From Candidatus Scatomorpha intestinigallinarum (GTDB lineage: Bacteria > Bacillota > Clostridia > Oscillospirales > Oscillospiraceae): 31,468 nucleotides of DNA. Within the stretch, counting starts at the first letter, position 1. Each line of letters opens with the position of its first letter. The stretch spans positions 1 to 31,468 of the forward strand of contig DVHH01000106.1 of NCBI GenBank assembly GCA_018712225.1. The letters run 5' to 3'. Both the position numbers and the translations under genes were made by a program. Below the pieces are notes generated by a model. It was not told the DNA's origin. It worked only from the letters and a program-made list of their open reading frames with translations, and did no database searches. Positions 23,712 through 31,468 of the stretch are shown here, piece by piece.

Positions 23712-24149
23712 ATGAGAAAAGAAAGCGCAGTGTTTCCCGCTGAGGCGGAAAACAGGTATGAATACAGCCGCGCTGTGCCCGCAGAGAGCACGCCGCGGCG
23801 CCGGCAGAGGCGCTGGCTGGCGCCGTTCCTGTGTGTGTTCGGATTCGCGGCGGCGGCCGCGCTCTCGGTCAGTGCGCTGCTGGCCAGAGCAGACCTCACT
23901 ATCCTGCGCGACGAGTGCAACAGGCTGGAAGAGGTCATAGTACAGCTCGCCGACGCGCGGGACCACCTCATAATCGAGCGCGAGATACAGCTCGGCGTCC
24001 AGTCCGCGCAGCCGGACGTCACACGCGGCTCTCAGGCCAGGGACTGGGCGGAGATAATCCCGGTGGAGGGCGACGGGGACGCCGCGTGGGATAAAATATC
24101 TGACGCCATCTCTTCCGTTTCGGAATATTTTGCGCGCACCTCGCAGTAA
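23712..24149 (+). CDS. Probable FtsL-like cell division protein
   Basis: Basic patch, then one transmembrane segment and a coiled coil. Canonical position between rsmH and the class B PBP. Sequence conservation is weak, so the call is positional. Confidence 0.6.
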   Translation: MRKESAVFPAEAENRYEYSRAVPAESTPRRRQRRWLAPFLCVFGFAAAAALSVSALLARADLTILRDECNRLEEVIVQLADARDHLIIEREIQLGVQSAQPDVTRGSQARDWAEIIPVEGDGDAAWDKISDAISSVSEYFARTSQ

Positions 24150-24208
24150 GATAATATCGCGGCCCGGACGCCGTCTCATGACAGCGCGCCGCCGCGATAT
24201 TACCATAC
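24146..24208. other. Long intergenic hairpin between ftsL-like and the PBP gene
   Basis: Perfect 12-bp core TAATATCGCGGC (24152-24163) / GCCGCGATATTA (24191-24202), extendable to 16/18 pairs, with an inner CGCCGTC/GACAGCG stem. No U tract. Confidence 0.75.
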
Positions 24209-24223
24209 CTGGAGGTGGGGCTT

Positions 24224-26554
24224 GTGCCTCAAAACGAGAGAGGCCGCGCGCCCGGCGGCGGGCCCAACCGAATGATGCTTCGCCGCACACTGTTTCTTAT
24301 GTCGGTGTGCGGCATAGCTGCGTTTCTGGCCCTGGGCGCGCGCCTGTGCCAGATACAGATCTTCCAGCACGATGAGTACGAGGCCGCCGCCATAGCCCAG
24401 CAGGTGCGCGAGACGACGGTGAGCGCCGCACGCGGCACCATTTATGACCGAAACGGCGCGATCCTTGCCATCAGCGCCGGGGTGGATACCGTGTACATAA
24501 GCCCTGCCGAGATAGAGCGAAATAACGAGGACAAGGAGGCCATCGCCCGCGGCCTGGCGGAGATCCTGGACGCAGACTACGAGACCATACTCAAAAAGGC
24601 GGGCAACACAAAGTCCTGGTACGAGGTCGTGGCCCGCAAGGTGGAGGCTGAAACGGCGGAGCTTGTGCGGAAGTTTAAGGCCGAGGGCGGCTACGTCGGT
24701 ATCAAGATAGAGTCGGACACCAAGCGCTATTATCCCAACGGCAGCCTCGCCTCCCACGTTATCGGCTTCGTGGGACTGGACAACACCGGCCTCGGCGGTA
24801 TAGAATCACGCTATGACAGCCTGCTCTCGGGCGAAAACGGCTACGTCATGCGCTCCACCACCGCGGCGGGGACGGATATGCTCTACCAGAGCTACGAGGA
24901 CTACGTGGACGCCCACAACGGCGACAGCCTGACCCTGACGATAGACGCTGTCATCCAGAGCTACGTCGAAAAGCACCTCGCCCAAGCCGTGGAGGACTAC
25001 GACATCCAAAACGGCGCGGCGGCTATCTGTATGGAGGTTGACACGGGTGCTATACTGTCTATGGTGTCCCTTGGCAATTTCGACCTGAACGATTACCAGA
25101 CCATCAGCGCCGAGGCCGAGGCCGAGATAAGCGCCGCCGCACAGAGCGAGGAGGAGTATGACGAGCTCTATGCCCTTGCCCAACAGCAGCAGTGGCGCAA
25201 CAAGGCCATCTCGGACACCTACGAGCCTGGCTCGACCTTCAAGATAATCACCCTGGCCATGGCCCTTGAAGAGGGCGTCGTGAACGAGAACTCCAGCTTC
25301 TACTGCGGCGGCAGCATGAACGTGCTGGGCCGCGGCAGCCCGCTGAAGTGCTGGAAATACGGCGGCCACGGCCCCCAGAGCCTGACGCAGGCCGTGCAGC
25401 ACTCCTGCAACGTCGCCTTCGTGAACATAGGCCAGCTGGTGGGGGAGGAGAAGTTCTACGAATACGCCGAGGGTTTCGGCTTCATCGAGCGCACGGCGGA
25501 CACTTCCCAGCAGCTGACGGCCAAGACGGGCATAGACCTCGGCGGAGAGAGCGGCAGCATCTGGTGGAGCGAGGACGTGTTCTGCAACCCGGAGAATCTC
25601 TCCCAGCTCGCCGCGGCCTCCTTCGGCCAGACCTTCAACATAACGCCCATCCAGCTCATCACTGTCGTCTCTGCCTGCGTGAACGGCGGCAGGCTCATGC
25701 AGCCGTATCTCGTCCAGAGCGTGGAGGACCCCCAGGGGAACCTGGTCTCGCAGACGGAACCGCAGGTCGTGCGCCAGGTAGTGAGCGAGGAGACCAGCGC
25801 CTCGGTGCGCCGCATCCTCGAACAGGTCGTCAGCGACCAGACCGAGGGCACGGGCCACAATGCCTATGTCGCGGGTTACCGCATAGGCGGCAAGACCGGC
25901 ACCTCCACCAAAACGACGAAGGAGATATCCGGCGAGAAGGAATATATCGTCTCCTTCATCGGCTTTGCCCCGGCTGACGACCCGGAAGTGGCCATCCTCG
26001 TCCTGCTGGACGACCCGAGCCCGGAGAGCGGCATCTACATCTCCGGCGGGCAGATGGCCGCGCCGGTGGTAGGGAAGATGATGGCGGATATCCTGCCATA
26101 TCTGGGTTATGAGCCGGAGTATACCGACTCCGAGCTTGCCGCCGCCGACAAGGCCGTGCCTGAGCTCACCGGCATGAGCATTACGCAGGCGAAATCCGCC
26201 CTCTCGGAGAGCGGCCTCGGCTGCCGTGTGATAGGCGAGGGCGATACGGTCACGGACCAGCTCCCGCGAGCAGGGGCAGTCATCGCCGCGGGCAGCGAGG
26301 TGCTGATCTATGCCGGGCAGAACCCCGCACCGACAACGGAGACGATGCCGGATCTGCGCGGCCTGAGCTACGAGGCAGCGCGGCAGAGGCTGGGCGAGCT
26401 CGGCCTGTATCTGACAGCGGAAAACGGCGTTACGGACCCCGCCGCGCAGCTGGTTTCCGCCCAGAGCACCGCCCCGGGCGAGGAGCTGGCGCACGGCTCC
26501 GTGGTGGGCGTCACACTATATGAAAACGAAGCATCAATGCTTGGCGAATACTGA
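24224..26554 (+). CDS. Class B penicillin-binding protein (SpoVD/FtsI-like) with two PASTA domains
   Basis: N-terminal transmembrane segment, RGTIYDRNG, SxxK (EPGSTFK), SxN (SCN), KTG (KTGTS), and two C-terminal PASTA-like repeats. The likely start is GTG24224, 6 nt after GGAGGTG; the track uses 24215. Confidence 0.93.
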   Translation: MPQNERGRAPGGGPNRMMLRRTLFLMSVCGIAAFLALGARLCQIQIFQHDEYEAAAIAQQVRETTVSAARGTIYDRNGAILAISAGVDTVYISPAEIERNNEDKEAIARGLAEILDADYETILKKAGNTKSWYEVVARKVEAETAELVRKFKAEGGYVGIKIESDTKRYYPNGSLASHVIGFVGLDNTGLGGIESRYDSLLSGENGYVMRSTTAAGTDMLYQSYEDYVDAHNGDSLTLTIDAVIQSYVEKHLAQAVEDYDIQNGAAAICMEVDTGAILSMVSLGNFDLNDYQTISAEAEAEISAAAQSEEEYDELYALAQQQQWRNKAISDTYEPGSTFKIITLAMALEEGVVNENSSFYCGGSMNVLGRGSPLKCWKYGGHGPQSLTQAVQHSCNVAFVNIGQLVGEEKFYEYAEGFGFIERTADTSQQLTAKTGIDLGGESGSIWWSEDVFCNPENLSQLAAASFGQTFNITPIQLITVVSACVNGGRLMQPYLVQSVEDPQGNLVSQTEPQVVRQVVSEETSASVRRILEQVVSDQTEGTGHNAYVAGYRIGGKTGTSTKTTKEISGEKEYIVSFIGFAPADDPEVAILVLLDDPSPESGIYISGGQMAAPVVGKMMADILPYLGYEPEYTDSELAAADKAVPELTGMSITQAKSALSESGLGCRVIGEGDTVTDQLPRAGAVIAAGSEVLIYAGQNPAPTTETMPDLRGLSYEAARQRLGELGLYLTAENGVTDPAAQLVSAQSTAPGEELAHGSVVGVTLYENEASMLGEY

Positions 26555-26580
26555 GGAAAGACTGGACTGGAGGAGTTTGC

Positions 26581-28038
26581 ATGAAACTTGCAGACCTTCT
26601 CAAGGGCGTGGCGGTAAGGGAGCTCAAGGCCCCGCCCGAGCTTGAGATAGAGGACATATGCTATGACTCGCGCCGCGCGGCGCCGGGGACGCTCTTCGTC
26701 GCCGTGCGCGGCTTTGAGAGCGACGGGCACCGGTATATAGCCTCCGCGGCCGAAAAGGGCTCCGTCTGCGCCGTCTGCGAGGAGCCTCCCGCCTGCGGCG
26801 TGCCATATGTCCTGGTGGAGAACAGCCGCCTGGCCCTGGCGCTCATGTCCGTGAACCTGTTCCGCCGCCCGGCGGACGAGATGACCGTCATCGGCGTCAC
26901 CGGCACGAACGGCAAGACGACGACGACCTATCTGCTAAAGCATGTCATCGAAGTCTGCCTGGACGGCAAGGTCGGCCTCATAGGCACAAACGGCAACATG
27001 ATAGGCGACGAGTTCCTGCCCACGGAGCGCACGACGCCCGAGTCCTACGAGCTGCAAAAGCTGCTGCGTGAGATGGCTGATTCGGGCTGCACCCACGTCG
27101 TCATGGAGGTCTCGTCCCACTCGCTGGTGCTGGACCGCGTGGCGGGCATCAGCTTTGACGCGGGCGTGTTCACGAACCTGACACAGGACCACCTGGATTT
27201 TCACGGAGATATGCGCAGCTATGCCGAGGCCAAGGCAAAGCTCATGGGCATGTGCCGCTACGCTGTAGTGAATCTGGACGACGAGTGGTCGCAGTTCATG
27301 CTCCGGCATGTGAAGAGCGCCTGCACCACCTTCTCACTGAAAGACAGTCTTGCGGATGTTTACGGCCAGAACGTGCGCTATTCCAGCAGCGCCGTCAGCT
27401 TCATGGCCGCGTGCAGCTCGGAGGCCCAGAGCGTGACCCTGCACATACCCGGCACCTTTTCGGCCTACAACGCGCTGACGGTGCTGGCTTGCTCGATTTC
27501 CCTGGGCATAGACCTTGCCTCCTGCGCCTCGGCGCTGGATTCGGCGCGCGGAGTCAAAGGCCGCATGGAGACGGTGCCGACAGACGGGGACTACACCATC
27601 CTCATAGATTACGCCCATACGCCGGACGCGCTGGAAAACGTCCTGCGCTCCATACGCGAGGTGGCGCGGGGCCGGCTCGTGGCCCTTTTCGGCTGCGGCG
27701 GCGACAGGGACAGGAAAAAGCGTCCGATAATGGGCCGTATCGCCGCCGAGCTGGCCGATCTGGTCGTTGTCACCTCGGATAACCCGCGCACTGAGCAGCC
27801 GGAGGCCATCATAGCCGACATCCTTGAGGGCATGAAGGACAGCGCCACGCCGCGTCAGGTCATAACGGACCGCATCGAGGCCATCGCCTGGGCCATAGAG
27901 CACCACCGCCCCGGCGACGTCATCGTCCTTGCCGGCAAGGGCCATGAGGACTACCAGATAGTCGGCCATGAAAAGCACCACATGGATGAGCGCGAGATAG
28001 TCGCGGAGATCCTGGAAAAAAGGAAGAATCGCAAATGA
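26581..28038 (+). CDS. murE: UDP-N-acetylmuramoyl-L-alanyl-D-glutamate--2,6-diaminopimelate ligase
   Basis: GVTGTNGKTT, TTPES, MEVSSH, FTNLTQDHLDFH, DYAHTPDAL, GCGGDRD..KR, DNPR (the meso-DAP-type motif), AGKGHE.YQ. Confidence 0.97.
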   Translation: MKLADLLKGVAVRELKAPPELEIEDICYDSRRAAPGTLFVAVRGFESDGHRYIASAAEKGSVCAVCEEPPACGVPYVLVENSRLALALMSVNLFRRPADEMTVIGVTGTNGKTTTTYLLKHVIEVCLDGKVGLIGTNGNMIGDEFLPTERTTPESYELQKLLREMADSGCTHVVMEVSSHSLVLDRVAGISFDAGVFTNLTQDHLDFHGDMRSYAEAKAKLMGMCRYAVVNLDDEWSQFMLRHVKSACTTFSLKDSLADVYGQNVRYSSSAVSFMAACSSEAQSVTLHIPGTFSAYNALTVLACSISLGIDLASCASALDSARGVKGRMETVPTDGDYTILIDYAHTPDALENVLRSIREVARGRLVALFGCGGDRDRKKRPIMGRIAAELADLVVVTSDNPRTEQPEAIIADILEGMKDSATPRQVITDRIEAIAWAIEHHRPGDVIVLAGKGHEDYQIVGHEKHHMDEREIVAEILEKRKNRK

Positions 28039-29048
28039 CAATACGACTAGTTCTTGCCTTCGCCATAGCCTTTTTCGTGGCGAGCGGCGTCGGAGCCTTT
28101 CTCGTGCCATTCCTGCGCAAAATAAAAGCCGGCCAGGCCATCCGCGAGGACGGCCCGCGCTGGCATATGTCCAAGTCCGGCACGCCGACGATGGGCGGGC
28201 TTATGTTCATCGCCGCCATCGCCGTCGTCTGTCTCACCGTGGGCTTCGAGCCCATGATGAACGGCGACTGGGGCCATATATTCTGCTTTGTCTTTGCCCT
28301 GATCTTCGGCGCCATCGGCTTTCTGGACGACTATGAAAAGCTCCGCAAGAAGCAGAACCTGGGCCTTTCGGCCAAGGCGAAGTTCCTTTTGCAGCTCGTT
28401 GCAGCGCTGGCCTTCGTGTTCCTCATGCGCCGGACGGGCTACGTGACGACGAATCTCTACATACCATTCTGGAACGTGGTCAAGCCCCTGCCGGAAGTGG
28501 TGTATTTCATCTTTGCCGCCTTCGTCATCGTCGGCACGGTGAACTCCGTGAACCTGACGGACGGCGTGGACGGCCTCGCCGCCGGGACAAGCATACCGGT
28601 CTGCCTGTTTTTCGCCGTGCTGACCTATATCTGGGGCACTGAGTTCCTGGCCCTCGGCATCTTCGCCTCGGCCATCGCGGGCGGTCTGCTGGGCTTTCTC
28701 GTCTACAACTTCAACCCCGCCAAGGTCTTTATGGGAGACACGGGCTCGCTCTTCCTCGGAGGCGCGATAGCGGCGATGGTCTTTGCCTACGACATGCCGC
28801 TCATCCTCATCATCCTCGGCCTCATGTACATCATCGAGACCCTCTCGGACATCATCCAGGTCGGCTATTTCAAGCTCAGCCACGGCAAGCGCGTGTTCAA
28901 AATGGCCCCCTTCCACCACCATCTGGAAATGGGCGGCTGGACGGGCAAAAAATGGACCGAGCGCGAGCTGTTTGTCCTATATTTCAGCATATCTCTCATC
29001 TGCGCCGTCATATCATTTGTAGGGGTGTACAACCGCTACGCCTTCTAA
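28035..29048 (+). CDS. mraY: Phospho-N-acetylmuramoyl-pentapeptide transferase
   Basis: KSGTPTMGG, GFLDDY, NSVNLTDGVDGLA, FN..PAKVFMGDTGS, FKMAPFHHHLE. Confidence 0.98.
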   Translation: MTIRLVLAFAIAFFVASGVGAFLVPFLRKIKAGQAIREDGPRWHMSKSGTPTMGGLMFIAAIAVVCLTVGFEPMMNGDWGHIFCFVFALIFGAIGFLDDYEKLRKKQNLGLSAKAKFLLQLVAALAFVFLMRRTGYVTTNLYIPFWNVVKPLPEVVYFIFAAFVIVGTVNSVNLTDGVDGLAAGTSIPVCLFFAVLTYIWGTEFLALGIFASAIAGGLLGFLVYNFNPAKVFMGDTGSLFLGGAIAAMVFAYDMPLILIILGLMYIIETLSDIIQVGYFKLSHGKRVFKMAPFHHHLEMGGWTGKKWTERELFVLYFSISLICAVISFVGVYNRYAF

Positions 29049-29084
29049 TACCCGGCGCAGCTCCGCCGGCGATGGAGGGAAATA

Positions 29085-30239
29085 ATGAACTATGCCGGCG
29101 AGAGGATAGGCACAGGAACGGCGGCGGTCGTGGAACGCAGGCGGGGCGGGGTAGACCAGCCCTTTGCCGCGCTGACGCTGCTGCTGCTCACGATAGGCGT
29201 GGTCATGGTGCTCTCTGCGAGCTATGCGCGCGCCTATTACAGCGAGGCCACAGGCCACAATGCGGCGTATTACTTCATGCGCCAGCTGGGCTTCGCCCTC
29301 GCGGGCGTGGGCGCGATGTACGCGCTTTCACTCTTCCCGATGCGATTCTACAGACGGATGAGCTTCATCGTCCTGGCGGGCGCTGTAGGGCTCCTGGCGC
29401 TGGTGCCGTTCATAGGCGTGTCCCAGGGGGACGCGAAGCGCTGGATCAGCCTTGGCTTCACCACCTTCCAGCCGTCCGAGATCGCCAAAATAGGCGTGAT
29501 ACTCTATTTCGCCGCGCTAATATGCAAATTCAAGGGCCGGATGCGCACCGTGAGGTACGGTATCCTGCCCTTCGCGGGCGTTCTGCTCGTAGTAGTCGCG
29601 CTGCTGGTCATGGAGCCGCATTTTTCGGCGGCCATAATCATCATAGCCATCGGGGCGGTGATGCTGTTTCTGGGCGGAGTGCGGCTTTATTGGTTCGTGG
29701 GCGCGCTGGTAGCGGCGGGGGCTGCGCTGGGCGTCGTCATGACCTTTTTCCCATATGCTTCGAGCCGCATAAGCACCTGGCTCGACCCCTTTGCGAACAC
29801 CAGCGGCAACGGCTATCAGATCGTGCAGTCCCTCTATGCCATCGGCTCCGGCGGGCTTTTCGGTCTCGGCCTGGGGCAGGGAAGGCAGAAATACCTCTAT
29901 CTGCCCGAGGAGCACAACGACTTTATTTTCCCTGTGGTCTGCGAGGAGCTGGGCTTTGTCGGCGCCATCGCCATCCTTATCCTCTTTGCCCTGCTCGTCG
30001 TGCGCGGCTATTGGCTGGCGCTGCACATGCGTGACAGGTACAGCTTCCTCGTGACGGCGGGGATTACGACGCTTTTGGCCATACAGGTCTTTCTGAACGT
30101 CGCCGTCGTAACGAATCTAGTGCCATGCACAGGCATTTCGCTGCCTTTTTTCTCCTACGGCGGAACAGCATTGCTCATACAGCTTGCCGAAATGGGAATA
30201 GTCCTCAGCGCTTCGCGGGACATCCCGGCGCGGCAGTAA
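29085..30239 (+). CDS. SEDS-family peptidoglycan glycosyltransferase (FtsW/SpoVE-like)
   Basis: AKRWI..G..TFQPSE.AK, GYQIVQSL.AIGSGG..G.G.GQG.QK..YLPEEHNDFIF.V..EELG, GISLPFFSYGG. Confidence 0.95.
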   Translation: MNYAGERIGTGTAAVVERRRGGVDQPFAALTLLLLTIGVVMVLSASYARAYYSEATGHNAAYYFMRQLGFALAGVGAMYALSLFPMRFYRRMSFIVLAGAVGLLALVPFIGVSQGDAKRWISLGFTTFQPSEIAKIGVILYFAALICKFKGRMRTVRYGILPFAGVLLVVVALLVMEPHFSAAIIIIAIGAVMLFLGGVRLYWFVGALVAAGAALGVVMTFFPYASSRISTWLDPFANTSGNGYQIVQSLYAIGSGGLFGLGLGQGRQKYLYLPEEHNDFIFPVVCEELGFVGAIAILILFALLVVRGYWLALHMRDRYSFLVTAGITTLLAIQVFLNVAVVTNLVPCTGISLPFFSYGGTALLIQLAEMGIVLSASRDIPARQ

Positions 30240-30264
30240 AGATATACATAATGGGAGGCAAAGT

Positions 30265-31386
30265 ATGAAATTCCTCTTCACCTGCGGCGGTACCGCCGGA
30301 CACATAAACCCCGCCCTTGCCGTTGCCGGGCGCATAGCCATGGCCGCGCCGGATTCGGATTTCCTGTTCATCGGCGCGGAGGGGCGCATGGAGACGGACC
30401 TCGTCCCGCGCGCCGGCTACGAGATGAAAACCGTCCGCATAACTAATCTGCACCGCAGCCTCAAGCCCGCAGATATAAAGCACAACCTTGCCACGCTGAA
30501 AAACGTCCTGACCGCCACGGCGGAGGCGAAGCGCATCATCCGCGAGTTCAAGCCCGACGTCGCCGTCGGCACCGGCGGCTATGTGTGCTACCCTGTGCTG
30601 AAGGCGGCCTCGGAGCTGGGCGTGCCTACGGCGGTGCACGAGTCAAACGCCGTGCCTGGGCTCACCACCAAGATGCTCGAAGGCTCCGTGGATACGATAA
30701 TGGTCGGTTTTGAAGAGAGCCGCGCGAACTACCGCCACCCGGACAGGGTGGAGGTCACCGGCACGCCCGTGCGCGTGGACTTTCTGAACCCCGACAAGGC
30801 CGCGGCAAAGCGCGAGCTGGGCATACCCGAGGGGCGGCCGCTGGTCGTCTCCGTCTGGGGCAGCCTGGGCGCCGCGCACATGAATGAGATAATGTCGGAT
30901 TTCATCGTCCGCGCCTGTGCAAAGCCCTTTTTCAACCTCATCCACTCGGCGGGCAAGGCGGGATACTCCCGCATGAGCGCCGCGCTTGAGCGCGAGAAGC
31001 CGGACTACGCGCGCCTGGGCATGGACGTGCGCGACTATATATACGACATGCCGCGCGTAATGGCGGCGTCGGACCTGGTGCTCTGCCGCGCCGGCGCCTC
31101 GACGCTTGCGGAGCTGACGGCCATGGGCAAGCCCGCGATACTCGTGCCCTCGCCGAACGTGACGAATAACCACCAGGAGCGCAACGCCCGCGTACTGGAA
31201 GCCGCCGGGGGCGCGAGGGTGATGCTGGAGCAGGATTTCACCGCCGACTCTCTGCTGGGGCTTGTCTCGGAGCTGCTTCAGCACCCGGAGCAGCTTGATG
31301 AGATGTCGAAGAAGATGTTGGAGCTCGGTGTTCCCGACGCTACGGACCGCATAGCCGCCGAAGTCCTGGAGCTCGCCGGGAAGTAA
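30265..31386 (+). CDS. murG: UDP-N-acetylglucosamine--lipid I N-acetylglucosaminyltransferase
   Basis: GGTAGHINPALA, GTGGYV..P, HESNAVPG, TGTPVR, GGS-like WGSLGA, CRAGASTLAEL, HQ..NA. Confidence 0.98.
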   Translation: MKFLFTCGGTAGHINPALAVAGRIAMAAPDSDFLFIGAEGRMETDLVPRAGYEMKTVRITNLHRSLKPADIKHNLATLKNVLTATAEAKRIIREFKPDVAVGTGGYVCYPVLKAASELGVPTAVHESNAVPGLTTKMLEGSVDTIMVGFEESRANYRHPDRVEVTGTPVRVDFLNPDKAAAKRELGIPEGRPLVVSVWGSLGAAHMNEIMSDFIVRACAKPFFNLIHSAGKAGYSRMSAALEREKPDYARLGMDVRDYIYDMPRVMAASDLVLCRAGASTLAELTAMGKPAILVPSPNVTNNHQERNARVLEAAGGARVMLEQDFTADSLLGLVSELLQHPEQLDEMSKKMLELGVPDATDRIAAEVLELAGK

Positions 31387-31468
31387 GAACTCCCGCGGTG
31401 GCCCGCCCGTGGGTGGGTTGGAGGAACTCGCCGTTTTGCCCTGCTGTACTTTAAGTTGTGCTGCCTAT

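Noticed and set aside
24806-26494. 562-aa antisense ORF opposite the PBP gene (likewise the other long antisense or alternative-frame ORFs in the track)
   Set aside because: Overlaps a well-supported gene, with no motifs or independent expression signals.
29021-29030. GTAGGGG inside the mraY 3' end resembling a REP start
   Set aside because: It is coding sequence (FVGVY) and no matching hairpin follows.
31387-31468. GC-rich hairpin (CCCGCC/GGTGGG) and GGAGG after murG
   Set aside because: No U tract and no complete ORF, and it is truncated by the window edge, so it cannot be interpreted.

Overview
GC-rich, gene-dense chromosomal window from a Clostridia-type Firmicute. It is probably an endospore former (yqfC, yqfD, ylbJ, spoVD/spoVE-like genes), and the gene order resembles Oscillospiraceae-like genomes (inference). 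Almost all genes are housekeeping genes on the + strand: (1) tail of a wal/yyc-like cluster: yycI-like, murA, yycJ-like, rlmH, DUF2007-like, phosphoglucomutase, paired short chromate transporters; (2) ylbJ on the - strand, divergent from yqfC-yqfD-phoH; (3) a ~280-bp palindrome-rich intergenic region with GTAG-type REP-like repeats, then an M32 carboxypeptidase, ybeY, rarD, era, yqzL (missed by the ORF track), recO and mutS2; (4) ptsH, an EamA transporter, uvrC, rsmD, coaD and a SepIVA-like coiled-coil gene; (5) a trimmed dcw cluster: mraZ, rsmH, ftsL-like, class B PBP, murE, mraY, ftsW/spoVE and murG. I see no rRNA, tRNA, CRISPR array, transposase, prophage or defence system, and no clearly new multi-gene system. 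The best leads are the REP-like doublet (with a compensatory stem change) at the point where an extra peptidase gene splits phoH-ybeY, the SepIVA-like protein, back-to-back sigmaE-like promoters, and a 63-nt hairpin between ftsL and the PBP gene. Family assignments come from motifs I recognise and from gene order, not from database searches.
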